Source: Candidatus Saccharimonadota bacterium (GTDB taxonomy: Bacteria > Patescibacteriota > Saccharimonadia > Saccharimonadales > UBA4665). From it: a stretch of 32,000 nt of DNA. The stretch is from positions 330,001 through 362,000 of the forward strand of contig CP065016.1 of assembly GCA_016700375.1 (NCBI GenBank). Reading direction: 5' to 3'. The notes below the pieces were generated by a model. The model did no database searches. It was not told where the DNA came from and saw only the letters and a list, made by a program, of their open reading frames with translations. The position numbers were made by a program, and so were the translations under genes. This document shows, one piece after another, positions 24,979 to 32,000 of this stretch. Numbering within the stretch: position 1 is the stretch's first letter; each line of letters opens with the position of its first letter.

Positions 24979-25932
24979 TCATTTTTCCTCCAATGCGTGG
25001 CGCATATTAGTTTCAATCCGTTTTTCTATATCAGTTGTATCTGGTCTTTCAAAAGTTTGGCCAGTCAGTTTTTCGTACACGTACACGTAGCGGCGTTCTA
25101 ACTCGGTAATAATGTCTGCTGGCACACTCGGCGCTTCATTTTCTGCATAGGGGTCAAAACGCTCCTTGAACCACAACCGCATATACTCTTTGTCGTAATT
25201 TTCGGGCTCTTCACCAGCTGCTATGCGCTGTTCATAGGACTCGCCCAGCCAGTAACGCGAAGAATCCTGCGTATGAATTTCATCTATGAGCACTATCTCA
25301 CCCTCTGGTGTCAGCCCAAACTCATACTTGGTGTCCACCAGCAGTAGCCCTGCCGCTTCGGCCTTTTCCTGTCCATATGCAAACAGCTTGAGTGCTATGT
25401 CGCTCACGCGTTCCCAGACTTCATCCTTCAAAAGCCCCTCGGTAATAGCCTCAGCTGGTGTGAGGTTTCGGTCGTGAACTTCAAACTTGGTTGTGGGAGT
25501 AAGAACAGGCTGGGGCAGTTTGTCATTCTTTTTTAGCCCATCTGGCAAGTGAAAGGTGCCGTAATCGCGCTGACCTTCCGAGTACGTGTGCCACAGAGAG
25601 GTGTTTGTGACCCCGGTAATGTAGCCGCGCACCACCATTTCGAGCGGGATGACTTCGTACTTTTTGCAGTACGCCACATTTGGGTCGGGGCACGAGATAA
25701 GATGGTTGGGCACAATGTGTTCGGTTTGGGCAAACCACCACGCGCTGGTTGCGGTAAGCAAAGCTCCCTTGTTCGGTACGAGCGCGAGTATACGGTCAAA
25801 CGCGCTGTAGCGGTCGCTCGCGACCAACATAAGCCGGTCACCAAAGTCATATACATCACGCACTTTACCGTGGTACACCGCTTGGCATCCCGGCAGCTGA
25901 AAATCAGTCCCCTCAAGAATATGTCCACTCAT
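24979..25932 (-). CDS. purC: phosphoribosylaminoimidazole-succinocarboxamide (SAICAR) synthase, long form
   Basis: Characteristic SAICAR synthetase blocks are present: 'YHGKVRDVY', 'LMLVASDRYSAFDR' and 'LLLVDTKYEFGL'. Confidence 0.9.
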   Translation of the reverse strand: MSGHILEGTDFQLPGCQAVYHGKVRDVYDFGDRLMLVASDRYSAFDRILALVPNKGALLTATSAWWFAQTEHIVPNHLISCPDPNVAYCKKYEVIPLEMVVRGYITGVTNTSLWHTYSEGQRDYGTFHLPDGLKKNDKLPQPVLTPTTKFEVHDRNLTPAEAITEGLLKDEVWERVSDIALKLFAYGQEKAEAAGLLLVDTKYEFGLTPEGEIVLIDEIHTQDSSRYWLGESYEQRIAAGEEPENYDKEYMRLWFKERFDPYAENEAPSVPADIITELERRYVYVYEKLTGQTFERPDTTDIEKRIETNMRHALEEK

Positions 25933-26114
25933 AATTATGTAGTATACAGAAAAATGAGCCGTGAGTCATGAGGTAGGGCAAAGGGCTGAGGGCAAAGGGC
26001 AAAGCTGCGGCCGCAGGCCGCTAGCAATTAAGTCGCCGCAGCGATATAACTAGAACAGATGCCGATATGCAGTGAGTGCTCGCTTCGACGCCGTAAGGGA
26101 TGATTCTTGGGGAA

Positions 26115-26264
26115 CCGGGGATGCATAACGACTGATTTGCCCATGACTGCTTGGTTGCTTGCGCGCGGAAGCTGTTTGAACGAAACGAAGTTGAGTGAGT
26201 TCTGCACAAGCCAAACAAGCAAGCAGTCATGGGCAAGTAAGCCGGTCGTTTGCATTATCCCCGG
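26115..26264. repeat. ~150-nt imperfect palindrome in the purC/purK divergent spacer
   Basis: The 17-bp perfect arms are TTGCCCATGACTGCTTG (26137-26153) and CAAGCAGTCATGGGCAA (26220-26236). Outer pairing joins CCGGGGAT (26115-26122) with ATCCCCGG (26257-26264). Confidence 0.5.
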
Positions 26265-26385
26265 CGGTTTACTCTCATTTTGTCCGTACAAAATGAGCCG
26301 CTTGGCAGGTACGGGAACCTGCGTGAAGTGAGGGGGTTGGTGATACTGTGAGATTAAGTAAAAGCACAAAGCCCTAGAAAGGCAT

Positions 26386-26411
26386 GGATCCTGAAACAAG
26401 TTCAGGATGAC
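26386..26411. repeat. solo REP-like hairpin unit
   Basis: GGATCCTGAAACAAGTTCAGGATGAC is the reverse complement of the left unit of the element at 30024 (TGTCATGCTGAACTTGTTTCAGTATCC). Confidence 0.55.
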
Positions 26412-26470
26412 GGTCTGTGGCAACGGTTAGACTATGGGAGTTTTGTGTTACATACGATACAATTATCAGT

Positions 26471-27616
26471 ATGGAACAGGGAGCGGCAAAAAAACCTACC
26501 ATTGGTATTGTCGGAGGCGGCCAGCTCGGACGGATGCTGACGGAAGCTGCCTTACCACTCGGATTTGATGTGGTGGTGGTTGACCCCGGCCAAAACTGCC
26601 CCGCACACCAGGTTGGCGCCGCCGAAATCACGGGCAATCTCTACGACCAAGCTGCCTTACACGAACTGGCGAAACGAAGCGACGTCATAACCGTGGAAAT
26701 TGAGCATCTCGACACGCTCGTACTAGAGGCACTCGAAAAAGAAGGTGCCGTTATACATCCAGCCCCCGCCACTGTCCGGCTCATACAGGATAAATACCTC
26801 CAAAAGGTCTTTTTGCGCGAACATTCCGTCCCGGTTGCCGATTTTACAGAGGTGAATTCCACCCAGGCTGCCGAAAAAGCCCTCGAAGCATTCGGCGGCA
26901 AAATGCTCCTCAAAACCCGTCACGGTGCGTACGACGGCCGTGGCAACATGGTCGTGAGCAGCCCGGCAGATATCAAAAAAGCCTTTGAACTATTTGATGG
27001 AAAGGCTCTTTACGCCGAACGCTTTGTGCCGTTTGAACGGGAACTGGCCGTCATGGTCGGCCGTAGCACCAGCGGGGATGTGCAGGCCTACCCGGTGGTA
27101 CAGACAATACACGAGCGAAACATCTGCGTCGAAGTTCTGTCGCCCGCACCAGTTTCAAAGACGGTCGCCCAAAAAACCCACACCCTCGCCGTCACTGTCG
27201 CAAACCTCCTCAAAGGTGCCGGCATGTACGGCATAGAGATGTTCCTCACCCCCAGCGGGGAAGTGCTGGTAAACGAAATCGCTCCGCGTGTCCACAATAG
27301 CGGCCACCACACCATAGAGGGCAACCGTACCTCACAGTTCGAGCAGCACATTCGCGCTATCACTGGCCTGCCACTCGGCGACGTCAATCTAGCCGCACCG
27401 GCAGCGTGCATGGTGAACATCCTCGGCGAACGAAACGGCGAAACTCAGGTGAAAGGCCTCAGTGATGCACTGGCCATCCCAGGTGTACATGTGCACCTGT
27501 ACGGCAAAAGCCCCACCAAAGTCGACCGCAAAATGGGCCACATCACCGCCACCGCCGACACCCTAGAAACCGCCCGCCAAAACGCCCACGCCGCGCGGAA
27601 GGCGCTAGACATATGA
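26471..27616 (+). CDS. purK: N5-carboxyaminoimidazole ribonucleotide synthase (ATP-grasp)
   Basis: 'IGIVGGGQLGRML' is at the N-terminus and 'NEIAPRVHNSGHHTIE' is present. The start was chosen at ATG 26471. There is no SD, and TACAAT ends 7 nt upstream, so the mRNA may be leaderless. Confidence 0.9.
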   Translation: MEQGAAKKPTIGIVGGGQLGRMLTEAALPLGFDVVVVDPGQNCPAHQVGAAEITGNLYDQAALHELAKRSDVITVEIEHLDTLVLEALEKEGAVIHPAPATVRLIQDKYLQKVFLREHSVPVADFTEVNSTQAAEKALEAFGGKMLLKTRHGAYDGRGNMVVSSPADIKKAFELFDGKALYAERFVPFERELAVMVGRSTSGDVQAYPVVQTIHERNICVEVLSPAPVSKTVAQKTHTLAVTVANLLKGAGMYGIEMFLTPSGEVLVNEIAPRVHNSGHHTIEGNRTSQFEQHIRAITGLPLGDVNLAAPAACMVNILGERNGETQVKGLSDALAIPGVHVHLYGKSPTKVDRKMGHITATADTLETARQNAHAARKALDI

Positions 27617-27624
27617 TTAGCCTC

Positions 27625-27694
27625 TGTCATTCCCGCGTAGGGGGGAATCCAGAAATAAATAATTACTGGATCCCCGTTCAAGCCGGGGATGACA
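27625..27694. repeat. REP-like double hairpin element (70 bp) in the purK-HAD spacer
   Basis: TGTCATTCCCGCGTAGGGGGGAATCC is followed by GGATCCCCGTTCAAGCCGGGGATGACA. The termini TGTCAT and ATGACA are inverted, and the right unit is homologous to 30084-30110. Confidence 0.6.
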
Positions 27695-27710
27695 ACAATG
27701 AGGGAGCGTT

Positions 27711-28376
27711 ATGATTAAACTCGTTGTCTTCGACTGGAACGGCACAATTCTTGCCGATACAGCAGTAGTAGTCGCAGCAATCAATTTTGGAGAGATGCCT
27801 ATACTCAAGCATCCTCCCATCACTGTGGCGGATTACCAGAAATTTTACGACGTGCCACTCCGTCATTATTACCAAGCCCTTGGGGTGAGCGACGAAGACC
27901 ACAAGAAGCACGCCGCAGCGTTAAGCGAAGGGTTCCATAATCATTATGAACAACTTGTTGGAAAGACCAGAACTCGACCCGGCACACGACATGCATTAGG
28001 TATATTACATGAAAAAAAAATACAACGCATCATTCTGAGCAACCACATCACAGACCGCATAACCGAGCAACTAGAGCGACTGAAACTGGCTCATCATTTT
28101 GAGTATATTTTGGCAAATGAACACAGCGGATTAGTCCATCGAACAGGCAAGCAACACCGGCTCGAAAAGTACTTAGAGGAGCACAACATCTCCGCTACAG
28201 ATGTTGTGATTGTAGGCGACTCACTTGAAGAAATCAGAATTGCTCATGCACTTGGGACTAAAGTAATTTCGATAACTGGAGGAACTTGTTCCAGAAAGCG
28301 TTTGCAAAAAGCCAAACCAGATAGAATCATAAGCTCACTATTTCAACTTAGTAAAGCAATGGAGGAGTTGGCATGA
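27711..28376 (+). CDS. HAD-superfamily hydrolase (PGP-like) with atypical motif I
   Basis: Motif I is 'VVFDWNGTI' (DxNGT rather than DxDGT), motif II is 'IILSN' and motif IV is 'VIVGDSLEE'. The stop overlaps the purE start (ATGA). Confidence 0.75.
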   Translation: MIKLVVFDWNGTILADTAVVVAAINFGEMPILKHPPITVADYQKFYDVPLRHYYQALGVSDEDHKKHAAALSEGFHNHYEQLVGKTRTRPGTRHALGILHEKKIQRIILSNHITDRITEQLERLKLAHHFEYILANEHSGLVHRTGKQHRLEKYLEEHNISATDVVIVGDSLEEIRIAHALGTKVISITGGTCSRKRLQKAKPDRIISSLFQLSKAMEELA

Positions 28377-28891
28377 ATAATCCTGTGGTCGGTATTATTA
28401 TGGGCTCAGATAGCGACCTCGACATCATGAGCGAAGCCGCAAAAGTACTCGATGAGTTCGGCGTGACATACGAAGTACGGGTAGTCTCAGCGCATCGCAC
28501 GCCAGACGTTATGGAAGAGTACGCGGCAACCGCAGCCAAACGAGGGCTCAAGGTTATCATTGCTGGTGCAGGCGGCTCGGCGCACCTGCCAGGTATGACC
28601 GCTTCGCACACGGTACTGCCCGTTATTGCCGTGCCAGTAAAGCGCGACCACCACGGCCATGAAGCATTTTGGTCTAGCATAAAAATGCCTCCCGGTGTGC
28701 CGCTCGCCACCATGCCCGAAAACGGCGCAAAAAACGGCGCTCTTATGACCATAGAAATCCTCTCTCTGCTAGATACCAACCTCAGCACTCGGTACGCTGC
28801 TTTCCGCCAAAAACAACACGACAACGTTATTGCCGCCGACACAGAGGTGCAACAAAAAGGCTGGCAAAGCTACCTGAAGGAGGAGGATTGA
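28373..28891 (+). CDS. purE: N5-CAIR mutase (class I PurE)
   Basis: 'VGIIMGSDSD', 'VVSAHRTP' and 'AGAGGSAHLPGM' are present. purK lies in the same operon. Confidence 0.9.
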   Translation: MNNPVVGIIMGSDSDLDIMSEAAKVLDEFGVTYEVRVVSAHRTPDVMEEYAATAAKRGLKVIIAGAGGSAHLPGMTASHTVLPVIAVPVKRDHHGHEAFWSSIKMPPGVPLATMPENGAKNGALMTIEILSLLDTNLSTRYAAFRQKQHDNVIAADTEVQQKGWQSYLKEED

Positions 28892-29997
28892 TGAGCAAGC
28901 AAGCACCGACCTATGCACAAACAGGAGTTGACTATAGCGCGATGGATCCAGTGAAGGTCTTGGCGCAAAAATCCGCCGTATCGACCGCTCCAAATCTTCA
29001 CGCATTTGGCGCGAGTGAAGTCAGTGCCAGCCGGGGCGAATCTGCCTATGTGTGGGAAGAAGGTGACTGCTACCGGGCGCTTGTCATCGAGGGACTCGGC
29101 ACCAAAAATCTTGTGGCCGATGCCATGCGTAGCGTCACCGGCAAAACATATTACGATGCACTTGCTCAAGACACAGTGGCCATGATTGTAAACGACCTCA
29201 TTGTTGTCGGTGCGCTGCCACAAGTGGTTAATGCCTATTTCGCCCTCGGCGACGGCGCGTGGATGAACGACCGGGAGCGAGCAAGCGACCTTGTGCGCGG
29301 CTGGGCTGCAGCCTGCAACGCCATTGGTGCAACATGGGGCGGCGGCGAAACCCCAGCCCTCAAAGGCATCATTAATCCTGAAACCATCGACCTGGGTGGC
29401 TCGGCCGTCGGTATCATCAATCCCAAAGAACGGCTGGTGCTCGGCGACAAACTGGCCGAGGGTGACGCCATTATTTTGGTCGAAAGCAGCGGCATCCACG
29501 CAAACGGCATTTCGTTTGTCCGCCACCTGTATGAAAAAAATCCTAAGCTATATGATACAGCACTGCCAAACGGCAAACTATTTGGTGAAGCAATTCTTAC
29601 GCCCACACACTTGTATGTGCCACTTGTGCGCAGCGTGCTCGAAGCGGGCATCGTGCCGCACTACATGGTCAACGTCACCGGACACGGTTGGCGCAAGCTC
29701 ATGCGCGCCAACGCAGACTTTACCTATGAGATTACTGAAATAGTACCGACTCAGCCGGAGTTTGCGCTTATGCAAAAAGAATCTGGTGTGGACGACGCCG
29801 AAATGTACGGCAACTTCAACATGGGCGTCGGCTTTGCGTTGTTCGTTGCACCCAAACAGGCCGACCAGGTCATTGCGCTCGCAGAAGGCAACGGGCTGAA
29901 AGCCATCAGGGGTGGAACAGTCATCCCAGGTGAAAAGCAGGTTGTCATTACACCCAAAAATCTCACTTTCAAATCCGAAACACTGGAGGTGCGGTAG
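28891..29997 (+). CDS. purM: AIR synthase family protein (phosphoribosylformylglycinamidine cyclo-ligase), divergent
   Basis: ATG 28891 overlaps the purE stop (TGATG), with GAAGGAGGAGG upstream. It is colinear with PurM blocks: 'GLGTKNLVA', 'NDLIVVGALP', 'GGETPAL', 'SSGIHANGISFVR', 'VNVTGHGW' and 'EMYGNFNMGVGFALFV'. Confidence 0.8.
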   Translation: MSKQAPTYAQTGVDYSAMDPVKVLAQKSAVSTAPNLHAFGASEVSASRGESAYVWEEGDCYRALVIEGLGTKNLVADAMRSVTGKTYYDALAQDTVAMIVNDLIVVGALPQVVNAYFALGDGAWMNDRERASDLVRGWAAACNAIGATWGGGETPALKGIINPETIDLGGSAVGIINPKERLVLGDKLAEGDAIILVESSGIHANGISFVRHLYEKNPKLYDTALPNGKLFGEAILTPTHLYVPLVRSVLEAGIVPHYMVNVTGHGWRKLMRANADFTYEITEIVPTQPEFALMQKESGVDDAEMYGNFNMGVGFALFVAPKQADQVIALAEGNGLKAIRGGTVIPGEKQVVITPKNLTFKSETLEVR

Positions 29998-30003
29998 TGA
30001 AAA
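29979..30003 (+). repeat. 25-bp direct repeat, copy 1 (contains the purM stop and the ancestral purL SD and GTG)
   Basis: AACACTGGAGGTGCGGTAGTGAAAA is identical to 30125-30149. Confidence 0.9.
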
Positions 30004-30023
30004 AAGCATGGCCCTCACTGCGC

Positions 30024-30110
30024 TGTCATGCTGAACTTGTTTCAGTATCCATACGTCGAAATGCATCCTCTGTGGGAACCTATGGATTCCGGGTCAAGCC
30101 CGGAATGACA
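30024..30110. repeat. REP-like double hairpin element (87 bp) inserted between purM and purL
   Basis: TGTCATGCTGAACTTGTTTCAGTATCC is followed by GGATTCCGGGTCAAGCCCGGAATGACA. The units are homologous to 26386-26411 and 27668-27694. Confidence 0.65.
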
Positions 30111-30124
30111 GGGAATAGTAGAGT

Positions 30125-30149
30125 AACACTGGAGGTGCGGTAGTGAAAA
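30125..30149 (+). repeat. 25-bp direct repeat, copy 2 (carries the functional purL SD and GTG)
   Basis: Identical to 29979-30003. Confidence 0.9.
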
Positions 30150-32000
30150 CCTACAGTGGTATAAACGCGTTATCCGTTTCTAAAGCACAAAGTTTGCTCA
30201 AACGACTGCAAGACGTCGACAAAAATGTGCGCAGCGTAAGCGCCGAGTTTGTACACTTTATTGATACAGACGCTACGCTATCGGCGGCAGACGACGCCAA
30301 GCTTCAGCAGCTCCTCACCTACGACACGCCGTTTAGCGGCAACCGCACGGGCAGTGTGTATTTGGTAGTGCCACGCCCAGGCACCATTTCGCCGTGGTCC
30401 AGTAAAGCAACCGATATTGCGCACAATGCCGGCCTCACTCACGTACATCGCATTGAGCGCGGCCTCGCGTACTACATAGACTCAGTCGAGTGCGAGAAAA
30501 TTGCGCCGCTGCTGCACGACCGCATGACCGAAACCGTGCTTAGTTCACTCGAAGCCGCCGAAGCACTGTTCGGTGAGCCACAGCCCAAGCCGCTCATTAT
30601 TATCGATGTATCGAAGGGCGGCAAAGCGGCACTAGAAAAAGCCAATAGTGAACAAGGCCTTGCCCTCAGCGCCGACGAAATCGATTACCTTGTAGACGCG
30701 TACGCTCGTCTTGGCCGCAACCCCAGCGACGCCGAGCTAATGATGTTTGGCCAGGTCAATAGCGAGCACTGCCGCCACAAAGTCTTCAACGCCGACTGGG
30801 TAGTAGACGGCCGCAAGCAGCCAAAAAGTTTATTCAAAATGATTCGTAATACCTTTGAGCTAGGCGGGGAAGACGTGCTGTCGGCATACTCAGACAATGC
30901 CGCCGTGCTGGCTGGCCCCACCGCTGGCCGATTTTTCCCTGACCCCGAGACACATGTGTACGCTTACACCACCGAACCAATCCACACCGTCATTAAGGTA
31001 GAAACACACAATCACCCCACCGCCATTGCGCCGTTCCCTGGTGCAGCCACCGGCACTGGCGGCGAAATCCGTGACGAAGGAGCCACCGGCCGCGGCGCAA
31101 AACCCAAGATGGGGCTAGCCGGATTTAGCGTCTCGAACCTTCACCTGCCCGACGCTGCGCAGCCGTGGGAAAAACCATACGGCAAACCCGACCGTATTAC
31201 CTCACCGCTGGGGATTATGCTAGATGCACCACTGGGCGGCGCTGCCTTTGCCAACGAATTTGGCCGCCCCAACCTCGCTGGTTACTTCCGCACCTACGAA
31301 CAACACGACGGCCACGAAGTCCGCGGCTATCATAAACCGATTATGATTGCTGGTGGCCTCGGCAACATCCGTGATCAGCACGTTCAAAAGGGCAAGCTCC
31401 GCCCAGGTGACAAAATTATCATTCTCGGCGGGCCAGCCATGCTCATCGGCCTCGGCGGCGGTGCAGCCAGCAGTATGCAAACTGGCGCCAGTAGTGCCGA
31501 CCTCGACTTTGCTAGTGTGCAGCGGGGCAACGGCGAAATGGAACGTCGGGCACAGGAAGTCATCGACGCTTGCTGGGCGAGCGGCGAACAAAACCCCATC
31601 GTCATGATTCACGACATTGGCGCTGGCGGCTACTGCAATGCCGTACCAGAACTAGTTCACGATGCTGGACTCGGCGCCCGCGTCGAACTGCGCGACATCG
31701 CCAATGCCGATCCTGGCATGTCACCCATGGAAATCTGGTGCAACGAAGCTCAGGAACGCTACGTCATCGGCCTCCGTTCCAAAGATGTTGCCCGTTTTGC
31801 AGCCATGTGCGAACGGGAACGCTGCCCGTATACGGTCATTGGCACAGCCGTGGACGAAGACCGCCTCGTTGTACACGACCGCTTGCTCGGTAACAACACC
31901 GTCGACCTCCCCATGAGCACCCTCTTTGGTAAACCGCCCAAAATGACCCGCGCGTTCTCCCGCATTACAAAAAAACCAACGTCATTTGATGTGTCATCTA
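30143..32000 (+). CDS. purL: phosphoribosylformylglycinamidine (FGAM) synthase, large single-chain type; 5' part, continues past the window end
   Basis: This ORF is not in the track because it has no stop in the window. From GTG 30143 (SD GGAGGTG) the frame is open wherever I translated it, namely the first ~110 codons and the block around 30670-30790; I did not check the rest codon by codon. '[24 protein letters not shown]' and '[20 protein letters not shown]' match the E. coli-type PurL N-terminus. Confidence 0.9.
   Translation, partial: MKTYSGINALSVSKAQSLLKRLQDVDKNVRSVSAEFVHFIDTDATLSAADDAKLQQLLTYDTPFSGNRTGSVYLVVPRPGTISPWSSKATDIAHNAGLTHVHRIERGLAYYIDSVECEKIAPLLHDRMTETVLSSLEAAEALFGEPQPKPLIIIDVSKGGKAALEKANSEQGLALSADEIDYLVDAYARLGRNPSDAELMMFGQVNSEHCRHKVFNADWVVDGRKQPKSLFKMIRNTFELGGEDVLSAYSDNAAVLAGPTAGRFFPDPETHVYAYTTEPIHTVIKVETHNHPTAIAPFPGAATGTGGEIRDEGATGRGAKPKMGLAGFSVSNLHLPDAAQPWEKPYGKPDRITSPLGIMLDAPLGGAAFANEFGRPNLAGYFRTYEQHDGHEVRGYHKPIMIAGGLGNIRDQHVQKGKLRPGDKIIILGGPAMLIGLGGGAASSMQTGASSADLDFASVQRGNGEMERRAQEVIDACWASGEQNPIVMIHDIGAGGYCNAVPELVHDAGLGARVELRDIANADPGMSPMEIWCNEAQERYVIGLRSKDVARFAAMCERERCPYTVIGTAVDEDRLVVHDRLLGNNTVDLPMSTLFGKPPKMTRAFSRITKKPTSFDVSS

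Noticed and set aside
25933-26470. Expected a ZTP (pfl) or purine riboswitch upstream of the pur operons
   Set aside because: I could not find the conserved cores: GGGTCGTGACTGGCG..CCGCCTGGGCA for ZTP, and TATA..CTACCGGGCACCGTAAATGTCCGACTATG-like for purine. The nearest string, CCGCTTGGCAGG, is too divergent. An Rfam scan is still advisable.
28348-29526. Antisense ORFs within purE and purM (28348-28842, 28870-29526, 29235-29651)
   Set aside because: The plus-strand products carry unmistakable PurE and PurM motifs. The antisense ORFs have no support.
30685-31965. Track ORFs on both strands inside the 30.1-32.0 kb region (for example 31220-31612 minus, 31570-31893 plus)
   Set aside because: The region is occupied by the purL frame, which runs off the window and is therefore missing from the track. 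The listed ORFs are out-of-frame shadows.
1-32000. CRISPR arrays, tRNA or rRNA genes, alternative genetic code
   Set aside because: There are no regularly spaced repeat-spacer arrays, and the repeats present are MITE, REP or tandem types. I did not spot a cloverleaf-capable or rRNA-like segment in the spacers I inspected. Called genes terminate normally at TAA, TAG or TGA with no in-frame stops.

Overview
The window comes from a bacterium of roughly 50% G+C. The taxon cannot be assigned from sequence alone. SD-led genes, lipobox and Tat lipoproteins, and a dense set of peptidoglycan-active enzymes fit a monoderm-type or Patescibacteria/Saccharibacteria-like cell, but that is inference. The window falls into three blocks. 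(i) 1-11.1 kb holds an EamA/DMT transporter and then a long minus-strand, translationally coupled operon (9658 to 1197). The operon encodes three bitopic membrane proteins and one soluble protein with no recognisable motifs, a 1110-aa SLT plus C39-like hydrolase, and an M15 peptidase lipoprotein. A separate Tat-lipoprotein with a GH25-like fold follows. (ii) 11.1-23.4 kb is a mosaic accessory region. It contains three short very high-GC islands that each encode a membrane protein, a NodB deacetylase, and an intact IS3-family element with a CCCAAAA -1 frameshift site nested inside a MITE. It also contains two more copies of that MITE with perfect 6-bp target duplications, a 293-aa protein ending in a WhiB-like Fe-S domain, and a low-GC two-gene unit (NMP-kinase-like/DPPY-methyltransferase fusion plus MazG-like NTP pyrophosphohydrolase). 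(iii) 23.4-32 kb carries purine de novo genes: purB and purC on the minus strand, and purK, a HAD-like gene, purE, purM and purL on the plus strand. Its spacers contain REP-like 'TGTCAT..ATCC' hairpins. One hairpin doublet sits between purM and purL inside a 25-bp duplication of the original stop/start junction. No rRNA, tRNA or CRISPR array was seen. All functional calls rest on motifs read by eye; no database search was possible.
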